DNA of 63,069 nucleotides, counting the filler, from Craspedostauros australis (taxonomy: Eukaryota), in NCBI GenBank assembly GCA_030167865.1. It is 11 parts of 11 records of this genome, joined end to end, with 100 filler letters (N's around TTAATTAATTAA, not from the genome) between each part and the next. Parts side by side here need not be neighbours in the genome. Positions count along the whole stretch, not along the records: positions 1 to 18,095 come from JALAGF010000155.1; positions 18,196 to 20,657 come from JALAGF010000156.1; 9 more parts are not named here. One strand, 5' to 3'. Below are positions 9,446 to 19,428 of the stretch, one piece after another. Both the position numbers and the translations under genes were made by a program. The notes beneath the pieces were generated by a model. It made no database searches, was not told where the DNA came from, and saw only the letters and a program-made list of their open reading frames with translations. Each line of letters starts with the position of its first letter. Position 1 is the stretch's first letter.

Positions 9446-11491
9446 ATGCGACCTGGATTGGCGTTCGTGCCTTGGCTATCCTCTCGCTCATATCACTTAC
9501 AGCTACAGTCAAACGTACGCTCCTCCAAGAGTTGCAGGAATGTATATCGCTACCAGCTTCCCACGTCGCTGCGAACATCCGAACCACCTCCTCATTCATC
9601 TCTTTCCACTGCATTGACAGTAACACCAGAACCAACGGTCACAGGCACAAGCAGCAGCAGAAGAGAGTTCCTGACATCCATCATGGCGGAAGCTGCGGCA
9701 TTGGGATCTGCCGATTCCCATTCTAATGGCAATGACAATGGCAATGCTGATCCTCCAACACCCGAAACGGGAGCCGCCCAGCTGTTCGCCAACGGCAAGC
9801 GACCCAACCTTCTGTTCATCATCACGGATCAGGAACGATCCATGCAGCATTGGCCCGAGGACTTCGTCTCGAAGCACCTCCCCAACTTGGATCGCTTGCA
9901 ACGCAACGGCCTCACGTTCCAACAGGGTTTCTGCAATGCCTGCATGTGCTCGCCGAGCCGCGCGTCGTTGCTGACGAGCCAATTCCCAGCCAAGACGGGC
10001 GTCACGATGACGGGATCGCCGCAACCGCGCCGCAGTTTACCGCGGTCGACGCCCAATCTGGCGACCTACCTCACCGACTACCATTGCGAATGGCATGGCA
10101 AGTGGCATCTGGGCAATCATCCGCGCGATTATGGATTCCATGGATGGCAGCCGCCGGATGCCGGCACGAGTCTGTCCTTGAACGAGACCTTGGGTGGAGG
10201 GACGCCCGATAACGATGGGCGATTTCTGACGGAGATCAAGGACTTTCTGAAGCATTACCAGGCGACGGGCGGGCGGCCCAAGAAAGATAAGGACGGCAGT
10301 GATGAGGATGACGACAGCACTGCGAAAGAAGAGGACACCACAACTGCCACTGCTGCTATCGAGAAAGAAGATGAAGGCGCAGAACCACAACCATTCTGTC
10401 TCGTGGCGTCATTCGTCAACCCGCACGATGTCTACGTTGCACAGTACGATCCGACTTTGGGATACACCACCGAGGACTTTCAGAAGATCCAGGTGCCCCT
10501 GCCATCGAACTACATTGAAGATCTACGCGCCAACCACAAACCACGTTGCCAAGGAGACATGGGGTGGCCCTACGTGCCGTTCGACAACTCTCCGCAGGAG
10601 TACGTCAACTTCTACGCCCACCTGCACACCGTCGTCGATGCGCAGATCGGCCAGGTGCTGGATACGTTGGAGGACTGCGGATTGACCGATTCGACGCTCA
10701 TCATCCGCACGGCCGATCACGGCGAGCAGGCGTTGAGCCACACGCTGGTGGAGAAGTTCTACAACGCTTACGAGGAGTCCATGCGCGTGCCGTACATCAT
10801 CTCGAATCCCATCGCGTTTCCGCAACGGTACGCGACGCAGGCCTTGGCGAGCCACGTCGACGTCCTGCCGACCTTGCTGTCGTTGCTGCAACACAAAGAA
10901 ACAACGGACTGCGTCGGCGTGCCGTTGACAGCCTTATGGAACGACCCCGAATTGGCCGCATCCATCACCAGAACCAAACGCAACAAGGCCACGCAACCCG
11001 CCATCCACTTCACGTACGACGACATCCCCAGCCGCAGCGGGCCGTCCATCATCCGCTGCTTGCGCACGCCGCGGTACAAGTACGCCGTCTACTTCAGTTC
11101 GCGCGGTACGGACGCCGATTGGGAACTCTACGACCTGCAAAAGGATCCGTTGGAAGATCGCAACTTGGCCGGCATGGAAACGTATGCCGCACTGCAGGAG
11201 TCGTTGGATCGGCAGCTCGTCGTGCACATGATGCACAAGGAGACGATGCCGAAGCATTTTGATTGGCCGCCGCGCGCGACGTCGCAGAGTGTCGGGACGG
11301 TGCGTTCCGCTGCGGAGCACGCAAAGACCAAAGGCAACGGCGATCTGCCCGAATTGCCGATTGATGAAATCATGGAGTACAGACGGTACATGTCGATGCA
11401 GCGGCTGAAGCGAAGACACAGCAGTGACAGTAGCAGCAGCGGGGGTCCAATTTCCAAAGAGGATGTGCCGCAAGATGAACACGTCCTTTAA
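9446..11491 (+). CDS. Formylglycine-dependent sulfatase (choline-sulfatase/arylsulfatase-like)
   Basis: RPNLLFIITDQ, CxPxR signature CSPSRASLLT, GKWHLG, NPHD, ADHGE, YEESMRVP, ELYDLQKDPLE. First ATG at 9446; frame open from 9308. Confidence 0.92.
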   Translation: MRPGLAFVPWLSSRSYHLQLQSNVRSSKSCRNVYRYQLPTSLRTSEPPPHSSLSTALTVTPEPTVTGTSSSRREFLTSIMAEAAALGSADSHSNGNDNGNADPPTPETGAAQLFANGKRPNLLFIITDQERSMQHWPEDFVSKHLPNLDRLQRNGLTFQQGFCNACMCSPSRASLLTSQFPAKTGVTMTGSPQPRRSLPRSTPNLATYLTDYHCEWHGKWHLGNHPRDYGFHGWQPPDAGTSLSLNETLGGGTPDNDGRFLTEIKDFLKHYQATGGRPKKDKDGSDEDDDSTAKEEDTTTATAAIEKEDEGAEPQPFCLVASFVNPHDVYVAQYDPTLGYTTEDFQKIQVPLPSNYIEDLRANHKPRCQGDMGWPYVPFDNSPQEYVNFYAHLHTVVDAQIGQVLDTLEDCGLTDSTLIIRTADHGEQALSHTLVEKFYNAYEESMRVPYIISNPIAFPQRYATQALASHVDVLPTLLSLLQHKETTDCVGVPLTALWNDPELAASITRTKRNKATQPAIHFTYDDIPSRSGPSIIRCLRTPRYKYAVYFSSRGTDADWELYDLQKDPLEDRNLAGMETYAALQESLDRQLVVHMMHKETMPKHFDWPPRATSQSVGTVRSAAEHAKTKGNGDLPELPIDEIMEYRRYMSMQRLKRRHSSDSSSSGGPISKEDVPQDEHVL

Positions 11492-11636
11492 CTGTATCTA
11501 ATCATTTTAGAGCAGACTGCGACTATATGCACTTGTTGAGTAGTGGGTTCCGTGACCTCGACCATTTCTTTAACAACCTCCGTCCGAGTGCGTTCATTGC
11601 ATCTACTATTCCATGCCGCACTCCTACTGTATCAAG

Positions 11637-13250
11637 CTACCGCTGCCTCTGCCGCAGCCGCTGACCTTGCGCTCGTTGACGCCGCCGCCGCTCCATCTCC
11701 ATGGCGATCATGACCGAGTTGGTGCGGCAGCAACATGAGTACTCCTGATAGGGATACGTGATGGGTGTGATGATGCGATGCCAGAACTCGTAGGACAGCA
11801 CGATGTGGGGATATAGAAAGGCGATGCACAGTATCATGGTCCAGATGTTGCCCAGGATGCCGGCCGCCACGATCTCCACGATGTAACGACACGAGGCGAT
11901 GGAGAGGAGGGCGTAGTTGTAACGCAGGGCGCCGTAGATACCGAGGGCGTAGCAGACGAGGGAGATGGCGTAGATGCAGACGACGACGATGCGTGTGGTG
12001 CGGTCGTTGGCGGGGTACTCGTCGTCGTCGCCGGTGCGGATGAAGCCGCCGCCGAAGATGATGGCGATGTAGGTGAGGAAGGCTATGAGGGTGGAGAGGA
12101 AGGAGATGGTGTTGATGAAGACGCAGGCGCGTTTGCAGTCGCAGAGGATCCAGCAGCAGATGTGGGATCGTGAGACGAGGCCGTCGTCGTTGTCGTCGTC
12201 GCTGTCGGCCAAGTCATTGTGATCGTAGAACATGGCGAAACCGAAGCCTCCGAAGCGGTGGTAGTCCTGTGGTGGCAGATCAACGTCGGCGGGGGCTGTG
12301 TCGTCCTCATCGATGGGGAGGGTCTTGAGGGTGAGGTCGTCGGCGATGGAGTTGATGTCATTGTCGAAGCTGTAATTGCCACTGCTGTTGTCATTGTCAT
12401 TGCTATTGCTGCTGTCGTTGTCGTTGCTATTGTTGTCGTTGTCATGACGGTCATTACCGCTGGCATCCGTTGCATTGGCTCCGTTTGCACTTGGGTATTG
12501 TTCCTGAGGTATTGGGGGTGGAGATGGCGCCGCATGCACAATGACAGTCCTCGTTCGAATGATTCCAGAGCCACTTGCATCTTCGTTGTCGTTGATCTGA
12601 GTGCTGGTTAGCGCTGCTGCGCTGGGTGCTCTGTGATCCACAACATCTTCATCCAAGTCGGTAACGTCCTCCATCATCGAAGCTGGCATTGGGTCCACGA
12701 CCGACGACGTGGCTGATGCTGATGGTGATGGTGATGAATGTTGTTGCTGTTCACTGTCGCTTTCAACACCTTCTTCAACACCACTGTTAACACCGGATTC
12801 AATATCAAACTGTTCATCAAGCTGAGTATCAAGCTGGATGGCGTCCTCTGCACTCTGCTGATGTTGATGCTGTTGATGCTCCTCCTCCTCCTGCAACTGA
12901 AGGTCCATCTCTTTGGATTCCGTCTGCTGTTGCGGGTCATCTTCAGAACATGAGTTTGCTGTCTCTGCCACAATTGGTGCTGGATTCTCCACATCATGTT
13001 CGTCCTCCACTTCCTCCTTCTGCTGCTCGACATCCTCCTCCTCGTCATTGCCATCATCGTCATCATCGTCATCATCGTCATCATCAGAAGGCTGCTTTGC
13101 GACAACATCCGGAACCTCCACGTCTCTTGACGTCGAAGCCACGCTGATGTCATTCTCCACATCCTGTTGCACGAGCGAAGCTTCCGTGGACGTCTCATGG
13201 TGGAATTCCACGTTCGCCATTGTGGCTTCTTGTCCTCCGGCGTCTTCCAT
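11637..13250 (-). CDS. Membrane protein with acidic disordered N-terminus and about four C-terminal TM helices
   Basis: CCWILCDCKRAC followed by four hydrophobic segments and a YSCCC tail. First ATG at 13250; frame open to 13430. Confidence 0.75.
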   Translation of the reverse strand: MEDAGGQEATMANVEFHHETSTEASLVQQDVENDISVASTSRDVEVPDVVAKQPSDDDDDDDDDDDGNDEEEDVEQQKEEVEDEHDVENPAPIVAETANSCSEDDPQQQTESKEMDLQLQEEEEHQQHQHQQSAEDAIQLDTQLDEQFDIESGVNSGVEEGVESDSEQQQHSSPSPSASATSSVVDPMPASMMEDVTDLDEDVVDHRAPSAAALTSTQINDNEDASGSGIIRTRTVIVHAAPSPPPIPQEQYPSANGANATDASGNDRHDNDNNSNDNDSSNSNDNDNSSGNYSFDNDINSIADDLTLKTLPIDEDDTAPADVDLPPQDYHRFGGFGFAMFYDHNDLADSDDDNDDGLVSRSHICCWILCDCKRACVFINTISFLSTLIAFLTYIAIIFGGGFIRTGDDDEYPANDRTTRIVVVCIYAISLVCYALGIYGALRYNYALLSIASCRYIVEIVAAGILGNIWTMILCIAFLYPHIVLSYEFWHRIITPITYPYQEYSCCCRTNSVMIAMEMERRRRQRAQGQRLRQRQR

Positions 13251-13495
13251 TGCTTCCGTTTCTATCTCCTTCTTCTTCCTTCTCTGTTGCACTATATTGT
13301 GTTGTGTTGCGTCTGCCTGGTGCAACACTCCCACACTCTCGTCAACGTGCGATCGTTGCGCCTCTTCGAGGATGCTTGTCCTTGGTGGCTCCTTGCAAGT
13401 CCTCTTGGCCTTGGCTTGGGGATGTGGCACTCTCTGACGAATTGAGATTGTGTGTTGCGTGCAGCCGGAAATTTGGGGCGCCCGCGTGATGTCCC

Positions 13496-15019
13496 TTGTG
13501 GCTGCCCAGCGCGCCGCCCAAATTCAGTCACACAAACAACACAAAAATGCCTCCTTTTTTCGTTCACAAAAATTTGCTGAAATTCAAGTCTATCCAAGTA
13601 CTCAGTGTGATCGTGAGTCGATCTGTCGTCATCCATCCACGATCGATGCGTGATCTCGTTTGTTGCGATTCCGCGTTCTCTGTTGCATCGCCCACTCGCT
13701 CATCATTCATCATTCATCGTTGCATCCACTATTCCATCTATTATTGGAATGCCGACCCACATCTTCGCGCACCCATCCACCTGATCAACGCACGAACAGC
13801 AACCACTCTCATGCCAAGGGCGGATCAACCCACCCACGCAATATGGATCCCAGCCGAGCCAGACGCGACAGCCCAACAGATCGTTCAGGATGCCATCCCC
13901 GATGATGACGTTCACCGCCACAGGGCCGCGGACGTCACATGCCAGATCTGCATCATCGCAAATGATGATGAGTGGATCGTGCAGACGTACACGGCGACAG
14001 GCGATCTCAAGACGGCGACGGATATCGATGAGATCTACATCACATACCGCGAAGGCGGCCCCATACCCAAGTCGGACGATCCGAGATTTCAGGAAGGCCC
14101 CACGGCCGTGGCAGTGCTGTTGCCGCAACCGAACGGACACTACCGACTGCGATGGCACACGCCGCCGATGCATGCCAACCCCGATACCTTGCAACGACCC
14201 TTCGAATCTTCCACGCTCACCGTGCATTTCGAATACACCAACGGCCTGGGTCGATTGGCGCCGCCTTCGAAGAATCGTTGGATCAACGGCGCCTACACGC
14301 ACACGCAGTACACCGTGCCGTGTCCGTGCCGGCCGCCCACGATCCATACCTTCGAACCCTTGTCGCAACCCAACCTGTCCGCCTTCGCGCAAGTCATCGC
14401 ATTCGGCGATTCGACGTTCGACCAATTCGTGCGCGTGCGGCCCAACAACAAGTACTTGTACCGTCCCAACCTCGCGCCATTCGTGGACAAACTGCGCATG
14501 CCGTTGAATGACACGACCGTGCCGCAGTTCCTGCAAGAGCTGGCGCGACAGCACGGCGAGCGGCTGCTCGTTCCCAACACGGCCCTCGTCGTCGGCAGCG
14601 CCTTGTGGGATCTGCTGAGTTCCAAGACGCACGACGATGCACATCATATTGCGGCGTGTCGGATGTTCGTGACGCAAATCAAGCAGCAGTATCCCGACGT
14701 CACGCTCGTGTGGAAGCTGCCCATGGCCGTGCATATTCATTGGGTGGATCTGGAGCGATTGGCAAGCACCGCAGCGGGCCATGCGACGTTGTTCGGTCTC
14801 GATCGCGTGCGGTACATGAGCCGATCGCGGTCGCGGTCGTTGCACGACAAGCAGTTGGCGTTGATGCGAGAACTGGACATTGCGACCATCGACGCGTACC
14901 TCGCCACGCATCTGTCGTCCTACAAGCTCTATCCCTCCGATGGGCGGCATTATCGACCGGAGTTTAACAAGATGATACTGAATTGGTGTTATGCGACAGC
15001 AGGGGAGGACAATGGATGA
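13496..15019 (+). CDS. SGNH/GDSL-fold esterase or polysaccharide O-acyltransferase (PC-esterase/NXPE-like)
   Basis: VIAFGDST (GDS), GSALWD, and C-terminal DGRHY (DxxH). 5' end uncertain: possible intron 13613-13799; in-frame ATG at 13811. Confidence 0.65.
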   Translation: MWLPSAPPKFSHTNNTKMPPFFVHKNLLKFKSIQVLSVIVSRSVVIHPRSMRDLVCCDSAFSVASPTRSSFIIHRCIHYSIYYWNADPHLRAPIHLINARTATTLMPRADQPTHAIWIPAEPDATAQQIVQDAIPDDDVHRHRAADVTCQICIIANDDEWIVQTYTATGDLKTATDIDEIYITYREGGPIPKSDDPRFQEGPTAVAVLLPQPNGHYRLRWHTPPMHANPDTLQRPFESSTLTVHFEYTNGLGRLAPPSKNRWINGAYTHTQYTVPCPCRPPTIHTFEPLSQPNLSAFAQVIAFGDSTFDQFVRVRPNNKYLYRPNLAPFVDKLRMPLNDTTVPQFLQELARQHGERLLVPNTALVVGSALWDLLSSKTHDDAHHIAACRMFVTQIKQQYPDVTLVWKLPMAVHIHWVDLERLASTAAGHATLFGLDRVRYMSRSRSRSLHDKQLALMRELDIATIDAYLATHLSSYKLYPSDGRHYRPEFNKMILNWCYATAGEDNG

Positions 15020-15282
15020 ACGATCGTGGTGAGGGAGAGTGCGATAGAGGATGGGTGGACCGTGTTGCAACGCCATGCATGTCCTGTGCGATTCCATGCT
15101 CTTCTTTCAACATCCATCTTGCATGAAGAGGTGATGCAATAACTCCTGCATCAGAAAGATCAAAACGGTCGAATTTCTGACTGTAGTTTGATACTCTATT
15201 GCTTTGAGGAATAGGTTGATTCAGTTTTCTTTTCCACTTTGTTGCAATGTTGCTACAGTTTTATTGCATTGCTACTGCATTG

Positions 15283-16455
15283 CTACTGCATCGCTTCCAA
15301 AAACGAAACCGCAACTTTGAACGTCATGGTATCATTCACGACCGACGGTCCGTCCTCCTTTAGGCCAGTACCAGCGCCATCAACACCAGCAGCATCCTCA
15401 TGGTCTTCGCAGTACGCCTGCCAATCCTCGAGAAAGTGCTCGTATGTCAAATGCTCTCGTTCGGCATCGGTGAACAACACCAAAAAGGCCTCCGACAATG
15501 GCAGAGCAATACTGTTATTGCTGTTGTTGTTGCTGCTGCTGTGAAAGTGCTGCTCCAACTCCCGCTTGCGTTGCCGTGTCACCAGCGGATGCTGCTGCTG
15601 GAACCATTCATCGTTGATAGCATGCACGTGCTCCCGAAATGCTTCAAATGACTGCAGCGTCGCATCGCCGTCCGATTGCTTGCAAGCCACGAGCACGTTG
15701 AGCAACGCCGATTCGGTTGTGCGTTCGGCTGCCGCGATTCCTAGCTGCTCCACTTGTCGTGCCAGTTTGGAGCAATGGATGGTCCAATCCACACCCGGCA
15801 ACTTCTCCAGGAGCGGCCGCAGCAAATCGAGCTCATGAAACGAAATCAAAACGTAGACTCCGTCCACCGCCAGCTGCGCCTGCACGAGATTCAATAGATT
15901 GGCCGTCGCCTGATCGCTGCATAGCGTGCAATCCAATGTCGACTTGTCCAGGATCAAATCGAACTTGGTGTCTGGGAAAGGCCACGCCTCGGCGGCGTCA
16001 AAGTCGTAGGTCACGAATTGCAGCCGCTCCTGCAACTTGGAACCTTGACCATGCAGGCACTTCCATCTGTGTTGCATCTGCTGCAACGTCTCTGAATCCC
16101 GATCGATGTTGATGACATGCGGTAGCTCCATTTGCTCCACCAAGAACTCGCCCACCACGCTCGATCCACTTCCCACGTGCAATGCGTTCTGAAACGATCC
16201 TGGATTGCGACGTGCTGCGCGACAATCAGCAAGCAGCGTTCGCAACGATTCAGGACTTGTCAACCATTCGAAGGGACGGATGGTCGCATTATCGCCGCAG
16301 GTTGATTCCTGACCAATGCCATCTTTCTGGAAACGGTTGTCATTGGACGACACGTCCCGTTGGTTGCCCGAATCACACCTTGGGCGGATCACGGTCATGC
16401 TGATCAGCGATGTGCAGACGATGCGATGTTTGAGACGTGCTGTCTCGGTGCACAT
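15283..16455 (-). CDS. Class I SAM-dependent methyltransferase (EEF1AKMT4/METTL13 N-terminal-like)
   Basis: FEWL, motif I LHVGSGSS, INID, FDLILDKSTLDCTLC, GVYVLISF. Confidence 0.85.
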   Translation of the reverse strand: MCTETARLKHRIVCTSLISMTVIRPRCDSGNQRDVSSNDNRFQKDGIGQESTCGDNATIRPFEWLTSPESLRTLLADCRAARRNPGSFQNALHVGSGSSVVGEFLVEQMELPHVINIDRDSETLQQMQHRWKCLHGQGSKLQERLQFVTYDFDAAEAWPFPDTKFDLILDKSTLDCTLCSDQATANLLNLVQAQLAVDGVYVLISFHELDLLRPLLEKLPGVDWTIHCSKLARQVEQLGIAAAERTTESALLNVLVACKQSDGDATLQSFEAFREHVHAINDEWFQQQHPLVTRQRKRELEQHFHSSSNNNSNNSIALPLSEAFLVLFTDAEREHLTYEHFLEDWQAYCEDHEDAAGVDGAGTGLKEDGPSVVNDTMTFKVAVSFLEAMQ

Positions 16456-16730
16456 TCATACTTGTGCTCGTCCTCATCCTCATCCTTGTGCCTGTGCTCT
16501 TGCGCAGAGATGGCTGCGCTGCCGACAACCACCAACCACCGATCACCAATCATGGTTCATCCCAAACGAAGAAAAATTGTGGTGGTCGCCATTTGATGTT
16601 CTTCTGGACTCGTGATTTGGTCGTGATGCCTTCATGCACGGGATTGAACAAATGAAGGTTAGCATTAGGGAGTGCGGTAATATAGAATTAAACCATATAT
16701 GATACAACATTTCACAGTTTCCTCAAAGAT

Positions 16731-16747
16731 AACGTCAATTTGACGTT
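16731..16747. promoter_or_regulatory. Palindrome with two bZIP-type TGACGT half-sites
   Basis: AACGTCAA-T-TTGACGTT, about 280 bp upstream of the methyltransferase ATG. Confidence 0.35.
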
Positions 16748-17570
16748 CAAATAACATACGAATGATGACGGACCAACCCGTGCGAAAGAGATCAGTCAAC
16801 ATTACCCACCTTTCTCCACGCATCTGTGCAGAGCTTTCATGCTGCGAATTATCCCACTCGTGTCACAGCTAAGGAGGTATGACTGGAAGAGAATGAGACA
16901 GGTCACGAATGAACAAGAATTGATCTAGCCTCCTCTCGACATACAATGAAACCAGATTGAATGCCACATCTGGATTCTGACACCAAGATGGATCCTGACG
17001 TGGTGCAGTGGTGAGGACTGCAGCAGAGACAAAGGATGCAACCAACAGAAACACCTCATCACTCTCACAACAGAAGCATCCATCACATCGAGCATCAAGC
17101 AAGCATGCGGTTTCTTAGTTGATCATTGAAAATCCGTCTTTCCTTGCTGTGAACATTTTCCTTCCCCTCAGCCCACCTCTCTTCCTGCCTTGACGGTTTT
17201 GGACTTTTGGACTGTCCGCTCTGCCTCTCGCTCGTCTCCTTCAGGTGGTGGCAATGGCGCTGTGGCCCTGGCTGGTGCTTCCTTGGGTGCTCCTTCTGGT
17301 AGGCTATTTTTACCTTCTGTGGTTGCTTCTGTTACTGGGGGGAGGGGGGCTGATGGTGTCATTGTTGTGGGTTGAATCTGTGGTGGCATCATTGGAGGCT
17401 CGGAAGAGAAGAGCGCTGTGTGCTTCTGCACTTGCTCTCTCTGTCCAATGAAGAGCAATGTTGGAAACAAGGCTCCCCTGCATGATGGGAGCTTCTACGC
17501 TCGGACCATCCAGGCTGACCAGGTGCGATTGGCGCCTTCCGTCGATGTGTCATGATGGTCAGGAATTGGG

Positions 17571-18095
17571 TGTTCTGGAACACAATATTGCCGCACCTCC
17601 CGAAAGGGTAAGGAGTCGAGTATTGTATAATAATAGATTACCACACCTCCCGTTGGATCTTGTGAGTACCAAATTGGAGGTGGTTGTAAGGGTCATAATT
17701 TCATAATCTGGGCCTCTCGACCAATCATATCGCTCCATTTAGGGCACAAGATACCTTTNNNNNNNNNNNNNNNNNNNNNNNNNNNNNNNNNNNNNNNNNN
17801 NNNNNNNNNNNNNNNNNNNNNTTGTCCGCGAATATGAACGCTCCTCGGAGACCGTTCATAATTTCATAATCTCTCTGACGAGTCGTGGTAGTCCAAAATT
17901 CGTTCTCAACAGCTACATCGGAGCAAAACTTTGTGCTCACACCAGATTGATCCGATGTGCTCTACTGCAAATTGATTATTCGTTCCCACCCATTGTATCG
18001 CAACTGTCTGTTGCAATTTAACTCCTTCTTTAGATGCACCTAGTGTACCTCTGTATTTATCATCCGATGAACTCCAGCGGATCATATCTTCCCAC
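17571..18095 (+). mobile_element. Copia-type LTR fragment (plus orientation), truncated by gap
   Basis: 17673-18095 is a diverged reverse complement of about 23506-23928 (shared ORF STKFCSDVAVENEFW). Possible start TGTTC at 17571 after AGGAATTGGG. Confidence 0.6.
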
Positions 18096-18139
18096 NNNNN
18101 NNNNNNNNNNNNNNNNNNNNNNNNNNNNNNNNNNNNNNN

Positions 18140-18151
18140 TTAATTAATTAA
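18140..18151. other. Artificial scaffold spacer TTAATTAATTAA within N runs (also at 20702, 22552, 24266, 30716, 44171, 53232, 55778, 59735, 61961)
   Basis: Identical 12-mer with stops in all six frames, embedded in 100-bp N gaps. Confidence 0.97.
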
Positions 18152-18195
18152 NNNNNNNNNNNNNNNNNNNNNNNNNNNNNNNNNNNNNNNNNNNN

Positions 18196-18553
18196 CTGGC
18201 ATGCTTCTTATTCCATTCAACGATGTCAATTGTTGGAAGAAGTGCGGATGTAGCAATGAGAAGGAGGCCATTGATGCTCATTGATATCCAGTATACTCTA
18301 CGATAAGAAGTTCAGGTGATTTTATGGTGGACGAACATACGATGGAAGTATGCTTTTGACATGGAGCAGTGCAACCGAGTGCGTTCCTAAGTACGATGTA
18401 CACTTTTGTGCTAATCAAACTCGAGACTGCATTTTCAGAAGTCTACCCTTGTGTCTACTTTGGGTAGACATTGGTCGTCTGTCGTGCATACGTAAGGTTC
18501 TTGAGCACACCACAGAGTTCTGTGTGATTTCCAACTATTGTGCGTCCTCCAAG
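18196..18553. repeat. Second copy of the repeat at 1-358
   Basis: Direct sequence identity with 1-358. Confidence 0.9.
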
Positions 18554-19428
18554 GGGGGACATCTTCCACAACCCCGGTCACCTTCCGCTGCGCGCGACGA
18601 ACGAAAGGAACAGCGAAAAGGGAAAGAGCCGAACAGCGAGGAAGCGAATCAATCGATCGATCACACATTCGACTTGTCACATGTCATCATGTCGTCGTCC
18701 TTCGTGTCTGTGTCCTGCGGCGCCGCTCTCGTGCTATCGACCACTATGACTCAATCACCATCCCGCATGATTCAATGCTCTGCAATTTCCTGCGCCAACA
18801 GACGGCCAAACGAAAATAACGCTTGTAACTGTTGGAACGGCAAAACGCGAACCTATCCAACGAGGTGGCTGGCTGCCAACGAGACGGGCGAACTTGCGTG
18901 CGCAACAAGCACAAGCCAACCAAAAAAGTAAGGCACGCGAGGAAGACAACAACAACCAATGATGAAGCTGACGAAACTGACGCAAACGATGAAGCCAACT
19001 TGCCATGGCAACATGGCATGGCTCCACGCAAATCTGAGCCACCCATCATATTCGTAGTTGTCCTCGTACTCGCACCCCAAACATGCACGATCAGAACGAA
19101 ACGACGAACAGGAAACAAGCGTGTACCAACATCCCCACAGATCCCTGATCACAGTCGGCAGCACACAAAATCACACACCCCCAAAGCCGATCACTTCCTT
19201 TCCTGCGCACAGTACGCAACCATTGATTCATCGACCCATCAACGCAACCTCCCGATCGCCTTTTCCATTGAGTCAAATCGGATTGCCAACCACGGCGCTC
19301 AGTATTGATCTCTCTGACGAGGCAACGAGGCCGGTTGGATCCATTGGCTTTGAATCTCCACAGGACAAGCCCGTGCGACAGGGCCAACAACAGAGCTGCG
19401 CAAGGCGAGACATCAGCCGACAGACACG

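Noticed and set aside
13703..15097. 464-aa minus-strand ORF
   Set aside because: Antisense shadow of the SGNH-type gene.
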